From an uncultured Klebsiella sp. (GTDB taxonomy: Bacteria; Verrucomicrobiota; Verrucomicrobiia; Limisphaerales; SXTU01): a DNA stretch of 64,000 nucleotides. How positions within the stretch are numbered: the first letter of the stretch is position 1; every line of letters begins with the position of its first letter. The translations under genes and the position numbers were made by a program. Below are positions 27,848 to 36,903 of this stretch, in pieces. The notes beneath the pieces are model-generated. The model saw only the letters and a list, made by a program, of their open reading frames with translations, did not search any database and was not told where the DNA came from. The DNA is taken from the NCBI GenBank assembly GCA_964478755.1, contig CAYZJP010000007.1, positions 1,117-65,116 of the forward strand, read 5' to 3'.

Positions 27848-27989
27848 GGTGACGCGGCCGCAAGATACCGGTCCAGCCCGGCGCGTCCACGCCGAAGAGA
27901 CGCTGCCGGAGACTGGCTGGGTGCCTTTTGGGATTTGCCAGCCCCCTGCCCTTCCCGTAGAAAGCACGCTCCCGCTGCGGCGGGTTGTG

Positions 27990-29555
27990 ATGAAACCAGC
28001 AGTCGAACTCTACGATACGACCCTGCGCGACGGCTCGCAGGGCGAAGGCGTCAACTTCTCGGTCGCGGACAAGCTCCGCATCGCCGAGCGCATTGACGCC
28101 TTCGGGATTCATTACATCGAGGGCGGCTGGCCGGGCAGCAACCCGAAGGACATCGAGTTCTTCGCACAGGCCAAGCGGCGCAAATTCAAAAACGCCAAAC
28201 TCGCAGCCTTCGGCTCGACGCGGAAGAAATCCACGCCGGTCGAGAGCGACGACCAGGTGCGCCTGCTCATCGAGGCCGAGACGCCCGTCGTCACGATCTA
28301 CGGCAAGACTTCCATGTTGCACGTGAAGGAAGTGCTCCGCTGCTCGCCCGACGAAAATCTCGGCATGATCGGCGACACCGTGCGTTACCTGAAGGATCAC
28401 GGGAAGTTCGTCATCTACGACGCCGAGCATTGCTTCGACGGCTACAAGCTCGATCCCGAATACGCGGTTGCCACGTGGCAGGCCGCGGAAAAGGCGGGCG
28501 CGGATTTCGTCGTGCTCTGCGACACGAACGGCGGCTGCCTGCCGGGTGAAGTGGCTGCGATCACGAAAACCGCCATCGGCAAACTCAACTGCAAGGTTGG
28601 CATCCACACGCACGATGACATCGGCGTGGGCGTGGCGAACGCACTCGCGAGCATCGAGGCCGGTGCGGTTCACGTGCAGGGCACGATCAACGGCTACGGC
28701 GAACGCACGGGCAACTGCAACCTCACGAGCGTGATTCCTTGCCTGCAATTGAAGATGGGCAAGGTGTGTTTGCCCGCGGCATCACTGCGCAAGTTGAAGG
28801 AGCTTTCCCAGTTCGTGGATGAAATCGCGAACCTCCGGCACAGCCCGCGCCAGCCGTGGGTGGGTTCCGCCGCGTTTGCGCACAAGGGCGGCACGCACGT
28901 GAACGCGGTGCAGAAGCTCGCGGCGAGTTACGAGCACATTGACCCCGCGCTCGTGGGCAATGAACGCAACATTCTCGTCAGCGATTTGTCGGGCCGCAGC
29001 AACATCCTGCTCAAGGCGCGCGACCTCGGCTTCAAGCTGCCGGACGATGCGCCGGAGACGAAGGCCATCCTGAACCGCGTGAAGGAACTGGAGCATGACG
29101 GCTACGAGTTCGAGGCCGCCGAGGCGTCGCTCGCGCTGCTCATCCGCGGCATCCTCGACCACAATCCGGAGCTGCTCTTCACGGTGGATGACTATCACGT
29201 CTCCATGCGCGGCAACCGCAAGACCTCGACGAACGAGGCGACGGTCAAGGTGCGCGTCGGCAGTGAAGTTCATCACGAAGTTGCCGAGGGCGACGGCCCG
29301 GTGAACGCGCTGGACAGCGCGCTGCGTCGCGCGCTGGCGAAGTCATTTCCGCAGATCAACAATGTGACGCTCACCGACTACAAGGTGCGCATCCTCGACA
29401 GCGTGGCCGGCACCGGCGCGAAGACCCGCGTGCTCATTCAATCCACCGACGGCAAGCGCGATTGGGGCACCGTGGGCGTGAGCGAAAACATCATCGAGGC
29501 GAGCCTCCAGGCGCTGGTGGACAGCATGGAGTATGCGCTGCTGAAGAAGTCTTGA
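27990..29555 (+). CDS. cimA: Citramalate synthase (LeuA/CimA family)
   Basis: Track ORF is 27711..29555, trimmed to in-frame ATG 27990 (MKPAVELYDTTLRDGSQGEGVNFSV...IHYIEGGWPGSNPKD). 521 aa with a C-terminal LeuA-dimer-like region. Confidence 0.85.
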   Translation: MKPAVELYDTTLRDGSQGEGVNFSVADKLRIAERIDAFGIHYIEGGWPGSNPKDIEFFAQAKRRKFKNAKLAAFGSTRKKSTPVESDDQVRLLIEAETPVVTIYGKTSMLHVKEVLRCSPDENLGMIGDTVRYLKDHGKFVIYDAEHCFDGYKLDPEYAVATWQAAEKAGADFVVLCDTNGGCLPGEVAAITKTAIGKLNCKVGIHTHDDIGVGVANALASIEAGAVHVQGTINGYGERTGNCNLTSVIPCLQLKMGKVCLPAASLRKLKELSQFVDEIANLRHSPRQPWVGSAAFAHKGGTHVNAVQKLAASYEHIDPALVGNERNILVSDLSGRSNILLKARDLGFKLPDDAPETKAILNRVKELEHDGYEFEAAEASLALLIRGILDHNPELLFTVDDYHVSMRGNRKTSTNEATVKVRVGSEVHHEVAEGDGPVNALDSALRRALAKSFPQINNVTLTDYKVRILDSVAGTGAKTRVLIQSTDGKRDWGTVGVSENIIEASLQALVDSMEYALLKKS

Positions 29556-29579
29556 CACATATACAGCTTGATGTATAGA
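29552..29579 (+). promoter_or_regulatory. Sigma70-like promoter (TTGACA-N16-TATAGA) with an imperfect palindrome, upstream of vapB
   Basis: TTGACA at 29552-29557 and TATAGA at 29574-29579, in a locally AT-rich patch. An imperfect inverted repeat ACATATACA...TGTATAGATGT spans the spacer. The vapB ATG at 29587 is only 8 nt past the -10 box, which implies a leaderless or near-leaderless mRNA. Confidence 0.45.
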
Positions 29580-29586
29580 TGTCTCC

Positions 29587-30036
29587 ATGAAACGGCGGAC
29601 GAAATACGAAACAAAGACCAGCGAGCCGATGGTCCTCAACGACGCTCTGGCACTTCCGCCCGAGCCGCCGGCCATGGTGCGCACGCAGATTTATCTGAAC
29701 CGAGTGGAATACGACTTCGTGCAGGCACAGGCGACTCAGCGTGGTGAGCCGATGGCCGCAGTCATCCGGGCGTTCATTGACGAGAAGATGCAACTTCCCG
29801 CCGATGCGTGGACCAACAACCCGATGCTGCGACCCACGCCCGTTGACCCGGATTGGAGTGCTCCTTCTGACGCAGCCATCAACCACGATCATTACCTCTC
29901 GGGCTGTCCCAAGAAGTGGGTCAAAGTGAAGGGCAAGTGGGTCGAAGCCCCGCCGCTGCCGGATGACTACTACACGAATGACGCCAGCTACCGGGCTTAC
30001 AACCGGAAGTTGCAGAAACTGGAAGCCGCCGGATGA
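29587..30036 (+). CDS. vapB: RHH/CopG-like antitoxin with a long C-terminal extension (VapB-like)
   Basis: 149-aa ORF. MVRTQIYLNRVEYDFVQAQATQRGEPMAAVIRAFIDE resembles a ribbon-helix-helix. ATGA overlap with the PIN toxin gene at 30033-30036. Confidence 0.6.
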   Translation: MKRRTKYETKTSEPMVLNDALALPPEPPAMVRTQIYLNRVEYDFVQAQATQRGEPMAAVIRAFIDEKMQLPADAWTNNPMLRPTPVDPDWSAPSDAAINHDHYLSGCPKKWVKVKGKWVEAPPLPDDYYTNDASYRAYNRKLQKLEAAG

Positions 30037-30440
30037 GCGGTCGCATTTTTTTGGACGCCTCGTTTTGGATCGCCTACCGGGACGAACGGCAGGAACACCA
30101 CCTCCAAGCGAAGGACATTCTCCCGCGCGTTTTTCGGGAGCACCAGGCATTCGTCACCACTCTGCCCGTGGTCTGCGAAATCCACGCCTATTTCTCACGT
30201 TCCCGCGTGAAGAAGCGGGTTGTGCTGGACGACCTGTTCAGCAACCCCGTCGTGCATATCGCCGAGGTGTCCGCCAAGGATCAAAACCACGCGTTGGAAC
30301 TGCTCCGCGCGCATCTGGACAAGAATTACTCCCTCTGCGACGCGCTTTCATTCGTCGTGATGCGCCGCCTGAAATTGGAGCGCGCATTGGCCTTCGACGA
30401 GCACTTCCGGCAATTCGGCGAGTTTCAAATCATCGGTTGA
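30033..30440 (+). CDS. vapC: PIN-domain ribonuclease toxin VapC
   Basis: 135-aa ORF with acidic PIN residues in context: IFLDASFWI, VVCEIHAY, LCDALSFVVM. Confidence 0.8.
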   Translation: MSGRIFLDASFWIAYRDERQEHHLQAKDILPRVFREHQAFVTTLPVVCEIHAYFSRSRVKKRVVLDDLFSNPVVHIAEVSAKDQNHALELLRAHLDKNYSLCDALSFVVMRRLKLERALAFDEHFRQFGEFQIIG

Positions 30441-30446
30441 ATTTTC

Positions 30447-33400
30447 ATGAGCGAAATCCCCAAAGCCTACGAACCGCAGTCCGTCGAGGATCGATGGTAT
30501 GACTTCTGGGTGAAGCAGGGCTGCTTCACCGCCGATCCTGCGCGCGTGGGCGACAAGCGCCCGGCGTATTCCATCGTCATCCCGCCGCCGAATGTTACCG
30601 GCATGCTCCACATGGGGCACGTCCTCAACAACACCATCCAGGACATCCTCAGCCGCAAGGCGCGCATGGACGGCAAGGAAGTCCTCTGGCTCCCCGGCAC
30701 GGACCACGCGGGCATCGCCACCGAGGGCATGGTGACGAAGCAAATCCGCAAGGAGGAGAAGAAGTCCAAGCAGGACATCGGCCGCGAAGAGTTCATCAAG
30801 CGCGTGTGGACGTGGAAGGAAAAGCACGGCGGCATCATCATCCAGCAGCTCAAGAAACTCGGCTGCTCGTGCGACTGGACCCGCGAACGCTTCACGATGG
30901 ACCCCGACTACGTGCGCAACGTGCAGCGCGTGTTCGTGGACCTTTACAAAAAAGGGCTGATTTACCGCGGCAAGCGCATGGTGAACTGGTGTCCCGCCAC
31001 GCAGACCGCGCTCTCCGACGAGGAAGTGGAAATGAAACCGCAGAAAGGTTTCATGTATCACTTCAAGGTCGAGGTGGCCGAGCCGGGGAGCGTGGGCGGC
31101 CCGCCTGCTGATTCCGGCGGCTCGCCGGAATCCTCGTCCATCCATCTAAAATCAGAAGAACGAGTGTCAGGCGGGCAGCCCGACACGGCACGCGAGCCGC
31201 GTGCGCTCCCCGGACCGGATGGAAAAATCTGGCTCACCATCGCCACCACGCGCCCCGAGACCATCCCCGGCGACACCGCAGTGGCCGTGAACCCGAAAGA
31301 CCCGCGTTACGCGCACCTCATCGGCAAGCACATCGTGCGGCCGTTGCCGGCGGAATTGCTGCGCGAACAGAAGCTCATCCCGATCATCGGCGACGAGCAT
31401 GTGGATTTCGAGTTCGGCACCGGCGTGCTCAAGGTGACGCCCGCGCACGACAAGGCGGACTTTGAGATCGGCCAGCGCCACAAGCTGCCGCTTGTGGACA
31501 TCATGAATCCCGACGGCACGATGAACGCGCTGGCGGGTGAAAGTCTTGCGGGCTTGGACCGTTTCGAGGCGCGTGCGGTGGCGGTGGAGCGGTTGAAGGA
31601 ACTGGGTGTGCTCGTGGAGGAAAAGCCTTACGAGAACAACGTGGGCTTTAGTCAACGCGCCGACGTGCCCATCGAACCGCGCCTGAGCGAGCAATGGTTC
31701 CTCAAGTATCCGAGTGTGGAAGTCAGCAAGGCGTGCGTGGAACAGGAGGACGCGGAGCGGAGCGCCGATCTCCGAATCGGCGCGTTGGATGACGCTGCTG
31801 AAACACGCCGAATCGGAGTTCGGCGCTCCAAGATGAGTTTCCATCCGCAGCGGTGGGCGAAGGTTTATGACCACTGGCTGGTGAACATTCAGGACTGGTG
31901 CATCAGCCGTCAGCTTTGGTGGGGCCATCGAATTCCGGTGTGGCGTCGTCGTTACTCCAAACAAGAAATCAGAGACGATCCGAAGCTGGGACATTTGATG
32001 CGCGCCGTTGACGATGTCTCTTCTAAAATGGATGCGATCCGCAAAAAATTTGGAGCGCAACTTGGAACAGATAAAAAAAATGATGCACGCCGTTTGATTC
32101 AAGACACATTGTCTGAAAGCAAAGACGCAATTTATTGGTGGCACAATCTTTCGGAAGACGAAAATTGGGTTGAAATTGAAGCAGTAACTTATTCTGAAGT
32201 CGCAGCAAAGTATCTTGAAGGTCGCGGCTTCACCCAAGACCCCGACGTGCTCGACACATGGTGCAGTTCCTGGCTCTGGCCGTTCGCCACGATGGGCTGG
32301 CCGGAGCAGACCGAGACGCTGAAGAAGTTCTACCCGACCACCGACCTCGTCACCGGGCCGGACATCATCTTCTTCTGGGTCGCCCGCATGATCATGGCGG
32401 GCTACGAATACATGGGCGACCTGCCGTTCAAGAATGTCTATTTCACCGGCATCATCCGCGACAAGCAGGGCCGCAAGATGTCCAAGACGCTCGGCAACTC
32501 CCCCGACCCGCTCGAACTCATCGCCAAATACGGCGCGGATGCGCTGCGTTTCGGCACGATGCGCAGTGCGCCGCTCGGTCAGGACGTGCTCTTCGACGAG
32601 AAGGACGTGGAGCTGGGCCGCAACTTCTGCAACAAGCTCTGGAACGCCTGTAGGTTCCGACAAATGGTCGGAACAGTTGAAAGTGGAAAGGTGAAAGCTG
32701 AAAGCCAGGCCGCGGACTCCGCCGTCCCTTCAACTTTCAACCTTCAACCTTCAACTCCTTTCGAAGTGCAGGGCGAGATCAACGCCGCGCTGCTCTCCAG
32801 CGACGACCGTTGGATTCTCCTCCGGCTCGACCAGGCCATCCGCGAGGTGACCGACGCATTGGCCACCTACAACTTCGCCACCGCCGTGCAGGCGCTCTAC
32901 CGCTTCTTCTGGAGCGAGTATTGCGACTGGTATGTCGAGGCGAGCAAGGCGGCGTTCTTCGGCGAGGACGCAAAGCTCAAAGCGAACAAAGTCGCCGTCA
33001 TTGACTTCGCGCTCTCGCACCTGCTGCGGATGTTCCACCCGCTGCTGCCGTTCATCACGGAGGAGCTGTGGCACGGGATGGGTTACTCGGCGGACATGCC
33101 GGAGAATCAGGGCGGCCAGACCATCATGTTCGCGCCTTGGCCCAAGCCGCTTTCTGACGCGGAGAAAGAAACGTGGGGTCTCGATGACACCGTGGAGACG
33201 TTCGCGAACGCGAAGTTCGAGCTGGTGACGCAGGGCCGCAATTTGAAGACACAGTTCAACATCGGCGCGGGCAGGAAGGGCAAGTTCATCCTAAAGCCTG
33301 TCGGCCAGCTCGACGCCAACGAGGCCGAAGTGCTGCGCCTGCTGCTCAGTGCCGAGTCATTGGAACTTAATCCCGACTACGTGCCAAAGAAGGGCACGCC

Positions 33401-33653
33401 CACCGCGCTCTCCCGGCTCGGTGAACTTTACCTGCCGCTGGATGGACTCATTGACGTCGCCGCCGAGCAGTCGCGGCTCGGGAAGGAGCTGGAGAAAATC
33501 CGGGCCGAGATCGCGAAGGTGGAGCAGAAGCTCGCCAATCCGAGCTTCGCGCAGAAGGTTCCGCCTGCGGTCCTCGACGAACACAAGCAGCGGCTCGCCG
33601 ACTGGCAGTCGAAACTGGCGCAGACGAAGGCGGCGATTGAAGCGCTGGGCTAA
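30447..33653 (+). CDS. valS: Valine--tRNA ligase
   Basis: 1068-aa ORF: PPPNVTGMLHMGHVLNNTIQD (HIGH-type), WCISRQLWWGHRIPVW, DVLDTWCSSWLWPF, KMSKTLGNSP and a C-terminal coiled coil. About 120-190 aa longer than typical ValS because of four insertions (see findings). Confidence 0.95.
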   Translation: MSEIPKAYEPQSVEDRWYDFWVKQGCFTADPARVGDKRPAYSIVIPPPNVTGMLHMGHVLNNTIQDILSRKARMDGKEVLWLPGTDHAGIATEGMVTKQIRKEEKKSKQDIGREEFIKRVWTWKEKHGGIIIQQLKKLGCSCDWTRERFTMDPDYVRNVQRVFVDLYKKGLIYRGKRMVNWCPATQTALSDEEVEMKPQKGFMYHFKVEVAEPGSVGGPPADSGGSPESSSIHLKSEERVSGGQPDTAREPRALPGPDGKIWLTIATTRPETIPGDTAVAVNPKDPRYAHLIGKHIVRPLPAELLREQKLIPIIGDEHVDFEFGTGVLKVTPAHDKADFEIGQRHKLPLVDIMNPDGTMNALAGESLAGLDRFEARAVAVERLKELGVLVEEKPYENNVGFSQRADVPIEPRLSEQWFLKYPSVEVSKACVEQEDAERSADLRIGALDDAAETRRIGVRRSKMSFHPQRWAKVYDHWLVNIQDWCISRQLWWGHRIPVWRRRYSKQEIRDDPKLGHLMRAVDDVSSKMDAIRKKFGAQLGTDKKNDARRLIQDTLSESKDAIYWWHNLSEDENWVEIEAVTYSEVAAKYLEGRGFTQDPDVLDTWCSSWLWPFATMGWPEQTETLKKFYPTTDLVTGPDIIFFWVARMIMAGYEYMGDLPFKNVYFTGIIRDKQGRKMSKTLGNSPDPLELIAKYGADALRFGTMRSAPLGQDVLFDEKDVELGRNFCNKLWNACRFRQMVGTVESGKVKAESQAADSAVPSTFNLQPSTPFEVQGEINAALLSSDDRWILLRLDQAIREVTDALATYNFATAVQALYRFFWSEYCDWYVEASKAAFFGEDAKLKANKVAVIDFALSHLLRMFHPLLPFITEELWHGMGYSADMPENQGGQTIMFAPWPKPLSDAEKETWGLDDTVETFANAKFELVTQGRNLKTQFNIGAGRKGKFILKPVGQLDANEAEVLRLLLSAESLELNPDYVPKKGTPTALSRLGELYLPLDGLIDVAAEQSRLGKELEKIRAEIAKVEQKLANPSFAQKVPPAVLDEHKQRLADWQSKLAQTKAAIEALG
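31085..31211. repeat. PAL-1 element in-frame in valS
   Basis: GGGGAGCGTGGGCGGCCCGCC..GATTCCGGCGGCTCGCCGGAATC ... GGCACGCGAGCCGCGTGCGCTCCCC. Encodes GSVGGPPADSGGSPES...TAREPRALPG, in the same element frame as the pfaC copies. Confidence 0.8.
31759..31829. repeat. PAL-2 element in-frame in valS
   Basis: GGAGCGCCGATCTCCGAATCGGCG ... CGCCGAATCGGAGTTCGGCGCTCC. Encodes ...ERSADLRIGALDDAAETRRIGVRRSK... Confidence 0.8.
32676..32755. repeat. PAL-4: GTTGAAAG/CTTTCAAC-type inverted repeat in-frame in valS
   Basis: GTTGAAAGTGGAAAGGTGAAAGCTGAAAG ... CTTCAACTTTCAACCTTCAACCTTCAAC. Encodes VESGKVKAESQAADSAVPSTFNLQPSTP. This is the only copy in the window. Confidence 0.55.
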
Positions 33654-33666
33654 AGCCCGACACCGA

Positions 33667-35214
33667 TCAGAACTGCGCGCCCAGCAGCCACGGCGCGAAT
33701 TCATCATCGCCGAGGCCGGCGAGTTCGCTCTTGGTTTTCTTCCCGCTCGCGACGGCGATGATTTCCTCGAAGATGCGCTGGCCCACTTGCTCCACCGTTT
33801 CCGTTCCATCGAGGATGGTGCCGGCGTTGAGGTCCATGTCCTCGATCATGTGGTTGTAGATCGCGGTGTTGGTCGCGACCTTGATGCAGGGCGAGGGCTT
33901 GCAGCCATAGACGCTGCCGCGGCCCGTTGTGAAGACACCGATGTTGCAGCCGCCGCTGACGAGGCCGGTCATGCTCACGGGATCGTAGCCGGGCGTGTCC
34001 ATGAAGCCGAAGCCGGGCGTGCTGATTTCCTCCGCGTAAGCATAGACGGCGGCGAGTGGTGACTGCCCGCCCTTCGCGACCGCGCCGAGGCTTTTCTCGT
34101 GAATCGTCGTGAGGCCGCCTTCCTTGTTGCCGTAGCTCGGATTGTTATCAATCGAGCCGCCGTTCGCACGCGCGTAGGCTTCCCACCAGTGGATGAGGTC
34201 CACGATCTTCTGTCCGACGGCGGGCGACACGGCGCGGCGTGTGAGCAGGTGCTCGGCTCCGTAAATCTCCGGCGTCTCGGCGAGCACGCTCGTGCCGCCG
34301 TGGCGGACGAGTTCATCGGAGGCGACGCCGAGTGCGGGGTTCGCGGTGATGCCGCTGTTGCCGTCCGATCCGCCGCAGTTCTCGGCGAGGATAAGTTTGG
34401 AAATCGGCTGCGTAGTGCGCTTCATAGCGTTGGCCGCAGGGAGCAACTTCGACACAGCAGCGGCAGCGGCTTCGACGGTTTTGCGGACGCCGCCGGAGTT
34501 TTGAATCGTCAGGAAAGTCGGCGCTGCTTCACCGGCGAGCGGTTCGCCGAGCTTGTGCGCTTCGGCGACGAGATGCACTTGGTTCACTTCGCAGCCGAGG
34601 CCGATCATCACGTAGCCGGCGATGTTCGGATGCCGCGCGATGCCGGCGGTGACGCGCTGAAGGAGCTGGTGCGGTGCGCCGGGCTGGATGCCGCAGCCGA
34701 TCTTGTGCGTGAAGGGCACGACGCCATCAATGCCAGGGAAGTCGCGCTTAAAGTCCGATCCGCGAAAGCGGTCGGCCACGTAGCGCGAGACGCCGGCGGA
34801 GCAGTTCACGCTGGAGATGATGCCGATGTAATTGCGCGTGCCGGCCTTGCCGCCGGGACGAGTATAGCCTTGGAACGAACGCACCTCCGCCGCTGGACGA
34901 TACGTCACAGGGCGCGCGTCCACGCCAAAGGCGTAGTCGCGTCCGAAGTCCTTCAGCTCGACGTTGTGCGTGTGGACGTGCTCGCCCGGTGCGATGCGGC
35001 CTTTCGCGAAGCCGATGGTCTGGCCGTATTTCGTGACGGGTGCGCCATCGGGGATTTCAGCGACCGCGATCTTGTGTCCCGGCGGAATGCCCTTGGCCAT
35101 CGTGAGTCGGAGCGAGCCACTTTCCAACTCAACACCAGCCTTGAGCGGGCGTTTCACCACGACGACGTTGTCGGCGGGATGAAGCCGCAGCGTCAGGTCT
35201 TCGAGTTTCAACAT
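33667..35214 (-). CDS. uxaA: Altronate dehydratase (UxaA/GarD family)
   Basis: 515-aa ORF with an N-terminal SAF domain (LRLHPADNVVVVKRPLKAG...GHKIAV) and a C-terminal UxaA domain (NCGGSDGNSG..., GCNIGVFTTGRGS). Confidence 0.85.
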   Translation of the reverse strand: MLKLEDLTLRLHPADNVVVVKRPLKAGVELESGSLRLTMAKGIPPGHKIAVAEIPDGAPVTKYGQTIGFAKGRIAPGEHVHTHNVELKDFGRDYAFGVDARPVTYRPAAEVRSFQGYTRPGGKAGTRNYIGIISSVNCSAGVSRYVADRFRGSDFKRDFPGIDGVVPFTHKIGCGIQPGAPHQLLQRVTAGIARHPNIAGYVMIGLGCEVNQVHLVAEAHKLGEPLAGEAAPTFLTIQNSGGVRKTVEAAAAAVSKLLPAANAMKRTTQPISKLILAENCGGSDGNSGITANPALGVASDELVRHGGTSVLAETPEIYGAEHLLTRRAVSPAVGQKIVDLIHWWEAYARANGGSIDNNPSYGNKEGGLTTIHEKSLGAVAKGGQSPLAAVYAYAEEISTPGFGFMDTPGYDPVSMTGLVSGGCNIGVFTTGRGSVYGCKPSPCIKVATNTAIYNHMIEDMDLNAGTILDGTETVEQVGQRIFEEIIAVASGKKTKSELAGLGDDEFAPWLLGAQF

Positions 35215-35259
35215 GGATTGAGCGTAACAGCGGAACGCTCCACAGCAAGCGCCGCGCGC

Positions 35260-36195
35260 TCAATCGCCATCGCCACCACTGTTGCTGCTCTCGACGGGGC
35301 GGTAGTGCTGCGCCCAGTTCGCGAACGCGCCGAGCTTGCGCGTCTGAATCCACACCTTGCCCTGGCCGCTGAAGCGGCACACGAGACCCTCGCCGGAGAA
35401 GAATAGCGACTTGTAGCCGCCGACGCGTCCGATCTGGTATTGCAGGCCCTCGGTGAACGCGACGATGTGGCCGGTGTCCACGACGTAGGTGCCGGAGACG
35501 TTCATGCAGAACATCGCGCCGAAAGTATTGAACCACAGGTCGCCCTTGCCGGAGCACTTGATGAGGAAGAGACCTTCGCCGGAGAAAAACCCTTTCAAGC
35601 CCTGCCACTGGCTGTCGAGCGTCACTCCCATGCCGCTGGCGACGTAGCCGCCGCTCTGGAGGTAAATGGTGTCGCCGTCGAGATAGACGTGCTCGAGGTC
35701 GCCGGGCGCGCCGGGCGCGATGCCGATGCTGGCGGGCGCGTTCGCGGCGGTGAACTCGTTGACGAACAGGCTCTCGCCGGTGAGCAGCCGCGCGAGGCCG
35801 CCGCCGAGCTTCGTCTTCATCTGCATGTTCGAGTCCATCGTCGCCATCGCGGAGGCCTCGACCTTCAAAATCTGGTTCGCGGGCACCTGCACGGTGACGA
35901 AGGAAAAGTCCGGCCGGCCCTCGATCTGATATTCAAAGTCACGGCGTGTGTCCGGGTTGTAGCCGGAAAGGAGGCGCGTCGAACCCGCAGCAGACGTGGC
36001 CGCGGCGGCGGCCAACGGCGGTGGCGCGCCGGGCGTGGCGAGCGCGGGCGACTGCGCCGCAGTGACCCAGTCGGTCAGGCCCTCGTGGAAGACGTGATCG
36101 GTCGGCTTCAGTTCACCGGACGCGAGCATCTGGCGGACTTGCTCGACGGGGAACGGGCCGGACTGGACGCCGTTACGGTAGAGATGGATTTGCAT
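35260..36195 (-). CDS. GYF_2-domain + AIM24/TIGR00266 (DUF124) family protein
   Basis: Track ORF is 35260..36309, trimmed to ATG 36195. MQIHLYRNGVQSGPFPVEQVRQMLASGELKPTDHVFHEGLTDWVTA is the GYF_2 pattern. The C-terminal part carries the AIM24 motifs GESLFVNEF, YVVDTGHIVAF and SGEGLVCRFSG. Confidence 0.75.
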   Translation of the reverse strand: MQIHLYRNGVQSGPFPVEQVRQMLASGELKPTDHVFHEGLTDWVTAAQSPALATPGAPPPLAAAAATSAAGSTRLLSGYNPDTRRDFEYQIEGRPDFSFVTVQVPANQILKVEASAMATMDSNMQMKTKLGGGLARLLTGESLFVNEFTAANAPASIGIAPGAPGDLEHVYLDGDTIYLQSGGYVASGMGVTLDSQWQGLKGFFSGEGLFLIKCSGKGDLWFNTFGAMFCMNVSGTYVVDTGHIVAFTEGLQYQIGRVGGYKSLFFSGEGLVCRFSGQGKVWIQTRKLGAFANWAQHYRPVESSNSGGDGD

Positions 36196-36215
36196 GGCGG
36201 TGAAAGTGACGGCGG

Positions 36216-36893
36216 TCAGCGTGGTTTCAACTCCGGCCCGAGTTCCCTGCCGAAGCCGCCGGCGTTGTGGCTCTGGCACCAGACCGTGCCCTTGCCGGTG
36301 AAACGGCACACCAATCCCTCGCCGCCGAGGATCGCCGTCATCCAGCTCCCGCCGGCCTTCGTGATGTTGAAGTTCAGCGTCTCCTGAAACGCGACGATGT
36401 GGCCCGTGTCCACGATGTATTCGCCGTCAATGTCGATGGGATAAATCGCGCCGAAGCTCGACAGGATGACCGGGCCGGTGCCCTTGAGGTGCAGCCAAAA
36501 CACGTTCTCGCCGGAGAAGAACGACTTGAAGCCCTGCCAGCCGAGGTCCACATCCACGCTGCTCTCGCAGGCGACGAAGGCGCCGTGCTGGACGATCAGG
36601 TTTTCACCGCGCAGATCGTAGCGCAACAGGTCGCCCGGCATCGTCGCCGCCAGGAACACGTCCCCGGCGACGGTTTCGGCGGTGTAGTGGTTGATGAAAA
36701 AATTCTCGCCGGCCAGCATTCGCTTGATCGCCTTGAAGAATGACCCTGAGTCGCGCTTGTGCGTGGTGGTCGTGAGGGTGAGCGCGTCGCTCATCGCGAT
36801 CATCGAGCCGGACTCGGCGGTGAGGCCCTCGCCGGGCGCGAGCAGCACGCGCGCGGCGGCGTTGCCAGGTTGGTGAAGCAGGTCAATTTGCAT
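36216..36893 (-). CDS. AIM24/TIGR00266 (DUF124) family protein, paralog 2
   Basis: 225-aa ORF with GENFFINHY, YIVDTGHIVAF and GGEGLVCRFTG. Lies 20 nt upstream of the next paralog. Confidence 0.75.
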   Translation of the reverse strand: MQIDLLHQPGNAAARVLLAPGEGLTAESGSMIAMSDALTLTTTTHKRDSGSFFKAIKRMLAGENFFINHYTAETVAGDVFLAATMPGDLLRYDLRGENLIVQHGAFVACESSVDVDLGWQGFKSFFSGENVFWLHLKGTGPVILSSFGAIYPIDIDGEYIVDTGHIVAFQETLNFNITKAGGSWMTAILGGEGLVCRFTGKGTVWCQSHNAGGFGRELGPELKPR

Positions 36894-36903
36894 AACGATG
36901 AAA

